Source: Guillardia theta CCMP2712 (taxonomy: Eukaryota > Protista > Cryptophyta). From it: a stretch of 64,000 nt of DNA. The notes beneath the pieces are model-generated. The model saw only the letters and a list, made by a program, of their open reading frames with translations, ran no database searches and had not been told where the DNA came from. Location: NCBI RefSeq assembly GCF_000315625.1, contig NW_005434657.1, forward strand, positions 846,130-910,129. The letters are read 5' to 3'. Made by a program: the position numbers and the translations under genes. This document shows, piece after piece, positions 13,868-25,145 of this stretch (positions are counted from its first letter, which is position 1; each line of letters starts with the position of its first letter).

Positions 13868-16678
13868 TCAACGAGGCTCTGCCGTCTTCTTCCTCTTGAC
13901 CTCTTCCCCTCCTCTTCTCACTCGCTCGAGCGACTGTCGGAAACGCTGGATGATCCCCATGACCTGCAGGCCTTGAAACCTCCCCAGCCAGCCTTGCGCG
14001 CAGCTGACTTCATCGAATCGCATCACAGAGTCCGACAAAACTTCCTCCTCCTCCTCCTCCCCTCCGTCGTTGAAGGGACGCTTCTTGGATCCGCCCTGCC
14101 GTATCTCACCCTCCCCCCCCGCCGTCCGGAGCTTTGAGGCCACTGCCTGCAACGCGTTGACGTGTCAGGGTGCAGGCGCGACCGTGACGATGTATGAAGG
14201 CAAGCTCGGAAGAAGTTGAAGAGGAGAAGAAGGCAGGAGGGAGAAAAGAGAGGGAGATCAGTTGGTGATGATGGAGGGTGAGAAGGAGGGCGGAGAGACA
14301 GTGGTGGTGGCAGGAGAGGAGGAGGAAAAGTCAGGAGGCAGAAGAGAAGATGCGGAAGGGAGGGCGAGGAGAGCGCGAAATGAGTTGGCGGTGATAGAGG
14401 AGGAGGAGGGAGGAGGGACAGCAGTGGTGGTAGTGTGAGAGGAGGAGTACAGCATGCGAGACCTTGACGGGAGCGATGGAGAAGGGAACGGGCTCAGCGC
14501 TATGGTCCCCGTATGCGACAGGGGTAGAGTGATCCCCCGTCACGCAGATGACGAAAGGCTTCCCTGCTGGAAAGATGAGCCGTTGTGAAGGGGAGGATTC
14601 AGGAGATCGCCTGTCTCTTGCTCTATCTCCGCCAGTCCCTTTGCTAGCTCACCAATCATGTTGTCAACCTTCTGCATGCCGGCAGTCAGCACCTCCTCCT
14701 CCTCCTCCTCCTCCTCCTCCTCCTCCTCCTATCTCCCCCCGCCCTCAACCCTCCTCTTCCTCCTGTAGACCTTCAAAAACTTGAGCTTCAATTCCGCACT
14801 CTTATCATGACCAGCATCCTGCACAGAAACCTTGAGTGGATGGAAAGAGAATAACGAGGAAACTAGTTTCGGGATTTGGATGAAGGGATAGCACCAAGGT
14901 GGAAGACACGGATGGAATGGAGGCAAGAGAAACGCAGGAGACACAAGTGATGATTGTTCTAATTGTGATGGTGATAGTGATGGTGATAGTGATGGTGATG
15001 GAGATGGTGATGGTGGTAAATAGGAAAGAGGGAGAGGGGGAGGAGGAGAGGGGAAGGAGCAGAGGAAGAGAAAGGACAGCAAAATTTCCTCACATCAACT
15101 GCCTTGACGTGAACAAAACCAAGCTCATACTCAGGAGTTTTCTTTTTGAAGGTTGCGAGAGCTGCGAACATGTGTCAATAGAATCTCAGATCCTCCCTTG
15201 CCCGCTCCTTCCTTGCTTGCCTTCCTCTCCTCCCTTCCTCTCCCTTCTCTTCCCTCGTACCCCCTCACTCCTTCCTCATCTACCTGTCCTGGCCTTCGAC
15301 TGCAGGTCGGTATGATAATCTCCCGTGGCTCCGGGAGCATCAACGATGTCCATCTCTAGCGACATGCCGAGCCCGCGGATGAGGCAGGTGGGAGCAATCA
15401 TGAAGCTTCTCATCCCGTGCTTCTCCTCGAACGTTGGCACCTTCTCCCAGCTCAGCACCCCAGCAGCAGCTCAGATCAAGACCTTCACGCGAGCCCCACA
15501 GCCGCGTAGGAGGACGGCGTTGGCCGGCAGCTTGCCTTGCTCCACCCGATCCTTGTTAATCTGGTGGTCCTGTAGAGCTTCGGTGATCGCCTGCACCACC
15601 ACAACCAAGACTGTGAGGAGGAGGAAAATTTGCTCGCTGCAGGACCTGGGAGAGCGAGTTGACGAGCTTCGCTGTGAGCTCTGCCTCCTCGGAGGAGTCT
15701 AGCGGGCAGGAGCGTCGGAGGGGGAGCTTGTCCTTCAGCGGGTCGGTCCCAGTGATGTTGTCCGATAGGCTCGGGCCCCTCACCCGCAGCCCGCATCTGT
15801 GCTCGGTCGCGTACTTGACAGCCACGGAGTGCTGCTCGTGACAAGGTCAGCACGAACAGGAAGGGGGGACGGGGGGGGGGCGAGCCTGTGGGAAGGAGGG
15901 AATGGCGATCCCGTTGAGAAAGTCACATAGGATGGGTCCAACCTGCAGGAATTGAGTGAGGAGGAGGGAGGGAGGGAGGGAGGGAGGGAGGGAGGGAGGG
16001 GAGGGGATCAGACATTCTCGAAGTTTCTGTCTGCACGCCGAGACTCGACGATCCCGTCCTTGCCCAGGTAGGCGAAGTTGCACTGGACAAGACGCTCAGT
16101 GATTCCAAGAGCAAGGGATGAAGAGAGGGAAGAGGAGGGAGTATCAATTGGACAAGGGAGCGGAGCAGAGGACAGGAAGAGGGAGGGGGGCAGGGAGATG
16201 GGGAGGGAGGGGGAGAGGCAGAGGCAGAGGGACAATCAGTTCTACAGTCTCATCACCTTGAAGGCAATGTCGCCTGGCTGCATATCTAGCCCTGCACCCA
16301 TAGTCTCGAATGCTCCCCGACCCCTGTAGTACCTGGAAGGGTGAAGGTGTGAGTGAGAAGGAGGGGAGGGAGGGAGCACAAACTTTCTTGGGTCGTAGCC
16401 GAACATGGAGAGGTGGGCTGTGTCACTTCCGCATGCCAGACCTGCGCGCGTTCAGTTCCCGCCACCAGCTCTTCTTTTCTCTTGCCTGCTTGCACCGGAT
16501 CCATCAGCCCAGAGATACCCGAGGATGCTACCGAGCAGCAGGCGTCCATCTGAGCGATGTCCAGCAGGCTCCTCTTCACACTCTCCTCTTCCTCCTCTCC
16601 TCCTTCTCCTCCTGCTCCTGATCCTCCTCCCCTTCCGATGTCGCCGACCCCATCGATGAGCACCCAACACACGCCCAT
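13868..16678 (-). CDS. apgM: 2,3-bisphosphoglycerate-independent phosphoglycerate mutase, archaeal ApgM-type (metalloenzyme superfamily)
   Basis: Motifs across exons: [128 protein letters not shown]. Confidence 0.92.
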
Positions 16679-16963
16679 GCCGCCCCTATGTCCGTTACGT
16701 CCTCGTTGCTGACGTTACATTTATTGCAGCGAGGCAGGCTTGAACCTTTTTTTAAGCTTGTTCCAGGTATGCTTCATAGATTCGATGTATTGCTGATAGC
16801 GCTGTCCTGGAAGTGCGGAGAGCTTGGTATAGTCCAGGTAAGCCTTGTTGTTGCTGTCTTCCATGCCTTGTCTTCATGACCACCGGTTGTAAGGAGGACT
16901 ATGTGGGTAGGGGTGATAAATGGGGGAACAGTATAGTGGTGGTTGCGCCAATACAAAAGGGCA

Positions 16964-17716
16964 ATGCGGATAGTGCGGGCATGGAGGCTGAAGCGAGGAA
17001 GCGGATGGGGAGGAGGTCACCATGCACTCTCAAGCGCGCAGGAGAAGAGTATGAACTCAAACAACCATGCATGGAAGATTGTGCACCTCATGAGACATGG
17101 GGAAGGAGAGCACAATGCCGCATGTGATATTGCCGGCGATGAAGACCTGTATGAAGACGAACGATATTTCGATGCAGGACTCACGAATGATGGCAAAGAG
17201 CAAGCACGGGACGCAGGTATCCAGCTTCAAGGATCAAAGCTTGATGCAGTGGTAGCATCGCCTCTATCTCGCGCTCTCCAGACAGCCATGATCGCTTATC
17301 GGGCATGGAAGGACCACTCGCAACCAACGCTATCAGATCCGCGCTTCGTCTGTGTGGAATGGTGTCGAGAGGGCATGACTTACGGTGTACATCCATGCAA
17401 TCGCCGGAGAGCGATATCAGAAGTTAAGTCAGAGTTTCCTCAGTTCGATTTCTCCCACATCGCTACTGACGAGGACGAGATCTGGCGGCGGGACGGGTCG
17501 GAGTCTCAGCAAGACTTGAATCATCGGGTTTCCTTGTTCTTGGAATGGCTTGAAAACCTGGAGGCAAAGCACGTGCTCGTCTGCACTCACTGTGTCTTCC
17601 TGCATGCACTCTTTGCCAACTTCGTCAGAGAGCAAGACAATGCCGTCAATTCCTGGTTTGGACGAGGAGAGCTGCGATCGTTTGTCTTCGAGTTCCAGAA
17701 ATCCGAAAGTCCCTGA
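16964..17716 (+). CDS. Histidine phosphatase superfamily protein (phosphoglycerate mutase-like, PMU1-like)
   Basis: Motifs VHLMRHGEGEHN, DAGLTNDGKEQA, SPLSRALQTA, CRE…HPCNRRR, LVCTHCVFL. Start is at 16964 or 17051. Confidence 0.9.
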   Translation: MRIVRAWRLKRGSGWGGGHHALSSAQEKSMNSNNHAWKIVHLMRHGEGEHNAACDIAGDEDLYEDERYFDAGLTNDGKEQARDAGIQLQGSKLDAVVASPLSRALQTAMIAYRAWKDHSQPTLSDPRFVCVEWCREGMTYGVHPCNRRRAISEVKSEFPQFDFSHIATDEDEIWRRDGSESQQDLNHRVSLFLEWLENLEAKHVLVCTHCVFLHALFANFVREQDNAVNSWFGRGELRSFVFEFQKSESP

Positions 17717-17939
17717 TGAGCCGCCATGGAACACTCTGACATGCTCCACCTCCGATCGTGATGGAGTGCTCACTTCTGTCCGAAGTTCGGATGCTGCGGA
17801 CTTGATGGCATTTCTTGATGCAAACCAGGGCTGCAGTCTTCACTTTCCGAAGTTGTTGAACTGAATGAACTATGCTTAGTCTCTTCGGGAGCCTGTCTGG
17901 TGTGAGTTTCACGTTTCTTGTTTGCGACACTCAGGAGTA

Positions 17940-18245
17940 ACGGCCGCGGCCGCGTCGTTCTTCCCTCCGACACACTGACATGTCACAGTCCGAGCCCACT
18001 GCCGTACTTAGTGGGTGACACTCACGGTGAGATTGAGCATTGAAGTTCGGACCCGGCCGGGCTGCGGCCTGCTTCAAGCGGCCACCGGCGGGCCGCGGGC
18101 CCGCTTGCTATAACCGGGCCGGGTGCCAGGGTGCCAGGGTGCCACGGGGACGGTGACCGGGCCGCGGGCCCGGCCGCTTGCGGCCGCAACTTGCCTTAAC
18201 ACCGGCCCAGGCTCTAACTTTACTCAAAGTTAAGTGAAAGTTAAC
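17940..18245. repeat. CCGG-rich intergenic element copy
   Basis: ACTGCCGTAC…GTGACACTCAC…GAAGTTCGG, then a CCGG/GGCC block, then CTTTACTCAAAGTTAAGT at 18218-18235. Confidence 0.65.
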
Positions 18246-19227
18246 CATGACACCGGGCGTTTTAAAATGTGGTTATTGCTCTTTCTGATCATAGTACTAT
18301 AATTTTATTTTTATATTCATTATTTTGTAACTTCGCATTAAATACTACTTGCAATACATATCTTCCCTAATGATTGTTGGTATCAAAGATATATATATAT
18401 TACACCCCACAGTACAACAATAATACTTATTGATTCCTTGTAGTCAACTCTCAAGAGGTTTCACGGATTTTAAAAGTCGGTTTTTAAAACTCCTGTTTTA
18501 ACCTGGGGTATGGCGAGAGAATGGGGGATGGATAGGGGGGAGCGAATGGGAGACTCTTAGAGAGGCAGGAAGACGTAGAGGAGGGATGAAGCTTGAAGTT
18601 TAGATAAGAACAAGGCTGAGAAAGACATCATCAGCTCATGAAATGGTGCTGAGGTCGCCCTTGAGCTCAATGAGCAATCGGAGAAGTACATATTTGGGTG
18701 GTGGATTGAAGAGGACAGGTAGAGGAAGACGAATAGATAAATTTCCATAGATGAATTCCAGACATAATAGTGATGAATAACCGTAGACGCCGACAAGAAG
18801 CTCGAAAAGATCATGGTGCTCTTGTCCAGGTTTGGAAAGCATAGCAGGCATGTCAAGAAGATCATAGCCTTGTCAATTACCAGAAAGAAAGACATCGTGT
18901 ATCAGTGAGTCTTTCGTGATGAATATGTTTTGAAGCATAGAGGGCAGCAGATTGTTCAAACCTCCCCAAACGATCAGAAATGCGAATAGTTGTGAGGTAG
19001 AGCTAGGATAGCAACTGCATCAAAACTATGATGTGATTTGTTGCGATCGGGTACATTCGTTGAGTGGAAAGACGTCATGGGCACTGTCCATACGAGCATG
19101 AATGATCGGCTTGCTGACTTTGGTTGTTTCCAGACCTCAGGAAGCGAACGGGCCTTGAATCATGTTGAATCAGCTAATGAGACGGCTGGGAAATATGGCC
19201 ATATAATCCTGTTTGCTCTAATATCTG

Positions 19228-22200
19228 ATGAAGAGCCCTGTCTGCCATCACAACAAAGATCTCACAGGCATACTGAATGGCTCGGGCAGAGTGAAGAAGA
19301 AACATATCAACTTGTTCTTTCTCACGTTTGCCATTGTAACTCAATGCTCCTTCTCTGCTCCTCTTCCTCTCGTGACCAAATCACCTGAGCATCCTGTGAC
19401 TTCCAACTTTCGTCGTGTGAATGGCTGTGATGGAGTCACATGCAAGGTATGTGATCACCCTTGTTTGCAGCTTCAGGCTCTGACTTCCTCCTCCTCCTCT
19501 TCCTCGTCTCTTGCATCAGACTTGCTCCTGCTACACCAGCTCCTGCTACTGCACAGTCTCCTTCTCCAACCTCATCGTCGATGGAGTTCTGAACAACCCG
19601 GCATCGAGCGGCTCTCCAACTTCTTCCATCAACGCCATCAGGTTGACAGTCTCCGTCGGCTGCGCCTCCCTGCTCCGCCCCTCCACCTCTATTTCGGACA
19701 TCACCTACTCCCCCAACGTCGTCGATAAGGTTGTTCCCATCAGCAACAGCGCCGTATGCAGCGACTGCACGTCCTCCTCCCAGATCGCCTACCTCGAGAT
19801 TTCTCAGAGCACCATAAGCAGCGTCAAGCTTGCAAACACACCCATCAGCGTCACTGTCGGGAAGGCGTCTGCTTGTCAAACTTCCTCTGCTCCCAGCTCC
19901 TGCCAGCCCTGCGTCAACGTCACGAGCTACCTCGATGTTCAGGTGTATGCAGAGTTCAGCTACGTGGCCACGAACAATGGGTCGCCTACTCGGCTCCTGC
20001 TGGGGATTGTGTTTGCGATCGTGTGGACGATCATCATGGTGGTTCCTGTCATTATCTGGCTCCGCAGGCGCCGCTCCAACAGCATCGAGGACCCAGCTGG
20101 TTTCCAGCAGCTCCACGTCATGATGCCGACATCACGCCGATCTGCGCGGCGGCGAGCGATCCGGACGCGCCCTCGTCGGTTCAAGGCGATGAAGCAGGTG
20201 GAGTGGGAAGGAGAGCGAGGAGAGAACAGGAGGCGGCATGGTTGGGTCCTGTCGAGTTCCGACATCGCCGAGCAGTCGAAGGAGATCCTGGAGAGGAACT
20301 CGTCCATCCTCGGCAGGAACGCACCAGCAGCTGTCGTGTGCAAGCTCGAAGACGGATGGTGCAAGATCGTGCGGGCTACCGAGAGGGGGCAGCCGCGAAA
20401 GATCCAAGTGAGCAGCGAAGAGATCGAGGTACTCGCTCCTCCCCTCGTGCTCCTCCCTTGCCCCCTGCTCACATGCCGTCCTTCTCTCTCCTCTCCTTGC
20501 TCACTGATCGGTTGCACTCGTCCTTCATCGTTCCCTTCTCCTTCCCTCCCGCTCCTCTCGCTCCCGCCCTCCCGCGTCCATACTTCTGCCGCCTTGTCCA
20601 CAACCCTCATCCTGCCTCCTTCTCCCCCCTCCCCTCCCTTTCCTCTCTCTGACCCTCTTCCCATGTACAGAGAGAGAGCATGCAGAAGGAGGGATACGTT
20701 CTCATCACTCTCCCTCAATCTGTCCGCTACGGACAGGTGAAAACTTGCCCTTGCGCTCCCTGTGACCCTGACAGTCCTCCAGGGAGTGTCGGGCGACATT
20801 CAGGTTGACATCTTCGGCAACATCATCCCTTGGAGCCACTGCAAGGAGTCTGAGGACTTGAGGACCAAGATAGACAAGTGAGATGGGAGGGTCTGTTGGA
20901 GGAGAGAGAGACTTCAGCATGTTGCGATGGGAGATGTTGAGATGATGTGGAGGAGTTGATGATCGAGGCTGATGTACGACAAGTACATTTACTTGGATGC
21001 TCCTGACTTGATGTCCCTGAAGCTTCCGAACTGTGCTGGACAACTTCCGATTCTCTCACTTTGGGAATGATCGCAAAGAGCTGCACATTTCCATCGAAAG
21101 GTTCAAACCATCTCGTAGCTTGCTTGCTGGCCCTCATGCTCGTGATTTCAGGTCAACCCTCTGGCAGAGCTCCTTTGACACTGTCATGAAACTTTCCAAC
21201 ATCGACATGCTGCGGACATTTCATATCCAAGTGAGCAGGACGAGGGAGGAGGACGGATGGTAGTGGGTGCAGGGAGGAGGGGAGGGGGGCGGGGAGTACG
21301 GAAGAGGTGAGAGTGGAGCAGGAGCAGGGAGATACAAGCAGGAGCAGGTGGTGGTAGAGGATCATTGATGGAAGCGTGAAAGTGTTTTGGCCTTGTCTGA
21401 ATGTTTTTTGTTTCAGTTTGTTGGTGAAGAAGGGTCGGACTTTGGCGGGGTGAGACGCGAATGGTATCATCTGATCACGTTGGAGTTGGTTAAGGTGAAT
21501 GATCTTTCCTCTCCCTCTCCCCCTTCTTCCTCTTCTACCACTTTTGTTTCATCTTCATCATCTCTATTATGATCCATACCACTACAATCTTCTTCTCCTC
21601 TGCTGCCGTGACCTGTCGCTGCTCTGTGAAAACAATCGTCATCATTCCGCACCTGAACTTCCTTCCTTCTGCTCCTCCTCCTCTTCCCTTACTTATGACT
21701 GCAGCCGGAGTATGGATTGTTTGAATTCAGCGATGAATCTTACCTCTATCAGCTCGCAAGCCACATCGACTCCAAGGTGAATCACTCCCTCCTGCATGCT
21801 GGCCTCCCCTATCCAGTCTCCTCCTCTATCTCGGCCCTCTCCTCTCCTGCCTCCTCCTCCTCCCTATCCCCCTGCTCTCTTCCTCTTCTTCTCATCGCTA
21901 CTTCCACCACCACCTGCCGCTCCCTCATAACCTTTTTAGGCGGGCGAGACCGCCGTAGGAGCACAAGCTGTGGTACGAGGCGATTTGGTCAAGGTAACTG
22001 AGATTCTCTCCTCCCTCCTCCCTCCTCCCTCCTCCCTCCTCCCTCCTCCCTCCTCCCTCCTCCCTCCTCCCTCCTCCTCCTGCTTTTCCATCCCTATCCT
22101 ATACCTTCTTTGCATCTCCTCCTTTCCCTTGTCTTGTCCTGCTCCTCCTGATGACATGTCTGTAGCTCCTCGACTTCTTCTCTTTCGCCGGGAAGATTCT

Positions 22201-23557
22201 CGCCAAGTGCATCGTCGACCAGCAGATTTGCAGCGTTCAGTTCACGACGGCTGTCTACAAGAAACTTCTGCTGCTCCCGTTCACGGTGAGAGGGAGAGAG
22301 TGAAAAGGAGAGGGAGGGAAGACCAGGGGGCAGTGTGCACGAGGGAGGAAGAGCAAGAAGGACAGGGAAGAGCAAGAAGGGGAAGGGAGGGAAAGGGAGA
22401 GGGAGCGCGAAGGGAGGGGAGCGAGAGGACGGGACAGGGGGTTGAGCAAGGTTGCGACGATGGCGGGGGAGAGGGAGGGATAAGGGGGAACGGGGATCAT
22501 TGACAAGTTCTCCCGCAGGTGGAAGACTTGGAGTCAGTTGATCGAGAGTTGTATCACTCCCTCGAGTGGGTCCTGGAGTGCAATGCAGATGAAGAGGTCT
22601 GCTGTGACATTTGCTTCTCCGACCCCCTCCTCCTCATGCCTGCCCTTCACCAGTTCCTCATCTTCCTCCTCTTCCTCCTCTTCCTCCTCTTCCTCCGTCG
22701 CTTCTTTTTCGTGCTCCCTTTTCTCTCCCCCCATTCTCCTTCTATCCTCGCTCATCCTCGTCCTTCCTAGTCTCGACTGATCTCTTCCGCTGCTGCTCTC
22801 TTTGTTCTCTTACCCCCCTGCAGGATCTTGCCATGTATATGTGTGTGGATACAACGGATGTGGATGGCAACTATGTAGGAGGAGGAGGAGGAGGAGGAGA
22901 GAGGGGAGGCGGGGGGAGTGGGGGGAGTGGGGGTGAAGGAGGAAGAAGAGAAGAGGTATTCTTGTGATGACGTATCGTTAACAGATCACGATCGATCTCG
23001 TGGAGGGAGGCCGAGACATCCCGGTGACGGAGGCCAACAAGCATCAGTTCGTGCAGAAGATGATCAACTGGCGCCTCGTCGACCGCGTTGCCGTCCAGAC
23101 CGACGCCTTCGTCGCCGGCTTCCACTCCGTCCTGCCCCTCGAGTACCTCCAGCCCTTCTCGGCCGGCGACCTTGAGCTCCTCCTGTGCGGCTCGACTGAG
23201 ATCGACATCGAGGACTGGAAGGTGAACACGCTCTACAAGTCAGGCTACAGCAGCGAATCCGACATCGTCGGCTGGTTCTGGGAGCTCGTGAGGAAGATGG
23301 ACAACGTGGAGCGGATGCGCCTCCTCCAGTTCGTGACCGGCACCACCGCCATCCCCAGCAGAGGCTTCGCGCATCTCCAGGGGTCAGACGGGGAGAGGAG
23401 GTTCAGCATCATGAGGGTTGTGGATACGAGGAGGCTGCCGCAGGCGCACACTTGCTTCAACGAGCTTGTGCTGCCTGAGTACGCCACCCAGGATGAGTTC
23501 GAGGCGAAGCTGCTTAAGGCGATGGAGCATGTCAACGATGGGATTCTCCTGCGTTGA
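19228..23557 (+). CDS. Transmembrane HECT E3 ubiquitin ligase (hydrophobic leader, Cys-rich ectodomain, TM, NEDD4-like HECT)
   Basis: HECT motifs: FVGEEGSDFGGVRREWY, YGLF, FAGKILAK, DLESVDRELYHSLEWVL, IPVTEANK, WFWELV, LLQFVTGT, LPQAHTCFNELVLPEY (catalytic Cys at 23453-23455). TM at 19994-20062 followed by RRRR. The N-terminal start is uncertain. Confidence 0.88.
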
Positions 23558-23893
23558 CGTCCCAGCAACCTGTGTAGATTATGTGCGAAGACACTGTGAA
23601 ATAATACCAAGACAAACACTGAGAGGTCGGAAGTTCCTCTAGAACCACCTTGAGTTGTACACTCAAACCAACATGTTGATAGCATCCAACATCGGATGGT
23701 CGTTTAATGAGCCTTCTCGGGCAGCAGCGCCATATCCTCACTGACAGCAACACCAATCAAACTGCATCATAGGGTCACGAGGTGAAGGCAGCTTCGCAGC
23801 TCGTTGGCTCTTGGCTGCTCATCACTGTCATATCCGTTCGCGCCATCATCGACACTTCACGTTCATTTCATCCTGGTGAGCAGGCGAACTCCT

Positions 23894-25145
23894 TCAAGGA
23901 GCTCCTCTCCTGCAGCCGTCCACGATGATGGGGCGATTGACAGCATCCACTGCAGGATACCTGAGCCAACCTCAGCACAACACATCCAGCACCGCCTTCA
24001 TGTTACTTGGAGTTTCCTCGCTTGATCTTGCGAAACCCTGCTTTGTCTTTGTGTCCGTGCTTGCCTGCTATGGCGTCAGCGACTCGATTCCACACCAAGA
24101 TCAACCACCAGTCGCCTGCACAATCTGCTCGATGGCAGTCTGAGCAAGGAAGACACAGTGCTGAGGCCCAGTGATGACAAAGACAGGATCTTGACCGCGC
24201 TGTGGAGGTCAAGGTCAGCAGGACGGATGGTTCGAGTTGTTTTTACCTTCGGGCTTACAATGGTTGTGCACGTTTGCAGTGCGATGCCCTGAATGACGCT
24301 ACCCGATGGCCCAACAACCAATCCGACTCTATCCGCAGGTACCTGTTGTTTTCTTGCATCAGATCGCTGAACAACGGGGTTCAAACATCGGCAAGATCTC
24401 ACCGATAAGTTGATCGTTACGTTTTCTACTGACTCTTGCCATGGAACAATGCTAGCCTGAGAGAGGAGAAGTCAGCATCTTGCGATGAGAGAAGGATCAC
24501 GCCGCAAACATCACTCACCTGATAGACTTTGGCTTCGATACAAGCTTTCGCCGCTTCTATGCAGATTGGCGTCCCAGTGACCTCAAACTCAGGTTTCCCA
24601 CCCTTGATTGGACATTTTATCTGCGTTCTGCTCTGGTACGCGATGGTATCGATGACCACGTGTTGTGAGCCCATTACGAATCCTACCAAAGACTCCGGGA
24701 CCACCACCACTGACGTGCGAGTGGCATCCTTGTGATCCTTTGCTTCCCTTTCTAACGCCTCATGCTCCTTCGCCCTGATCAGAGCCGATGCAGCATTGAC
24801 AAGAACCTTGGCTCCCGAGATGACGAAGATGGGCTCTTCCCCTTTGCGCGGAGAGAAGATCGTAGTCTCCGTCTGCTGCGCGATCTCGTTTATCACGCGC
24901 CCCTTCGGACCCACCACGAACCCAGCACAGTCTTGCCGTACTTTCAGCTTGATTGTGGTTATAGCCTCGTTTCCTCCCGCACTCCCAGCATTCTTTTTGT
25001 CGCTCCTATCGACTCCGTCATGGCGTGCCTTCGCTTGATTTTCATGCCGTTGCATTCCCTTCGGCTCAGAATTCCGAGCTTCTTGCTTCTCGCGCTCACG
25101 CTCAGCTGCCTTCGCAGCCCACACATTCGGTGCTGGAGCTGCCAT
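23894..25145 (-). CDS. RNA-binding protein with three MEX-3-like KH domains
   Basis: AGFVVGPKGRVINEIAQQTETTIFSPRKGEEPIFVISG; VGFVMGSQHVVIDTIAYQSRTQIKCP…EFEVTG; VGLVVGPSGSVIQGIALQTCTTIVSPK|RGQDPVFVITG. Stop is at 24003 or, if spliced, 23894. Confidence 0.85.

Noticed and set aside
18590-19200. Possible separate gene or extra 5' exons upstream of the HECT gene
   Set aside because: Splice-like signals exist, but I could not build a consistent frame with a start codon. Kept only as a caveat.
19436-20799. Long antisense and alternate-frame ORFs over the HECT ectodomain exon
   Set aside because: Shadow ORFs of GC-rich coding sequence, with no recognisable motifs.
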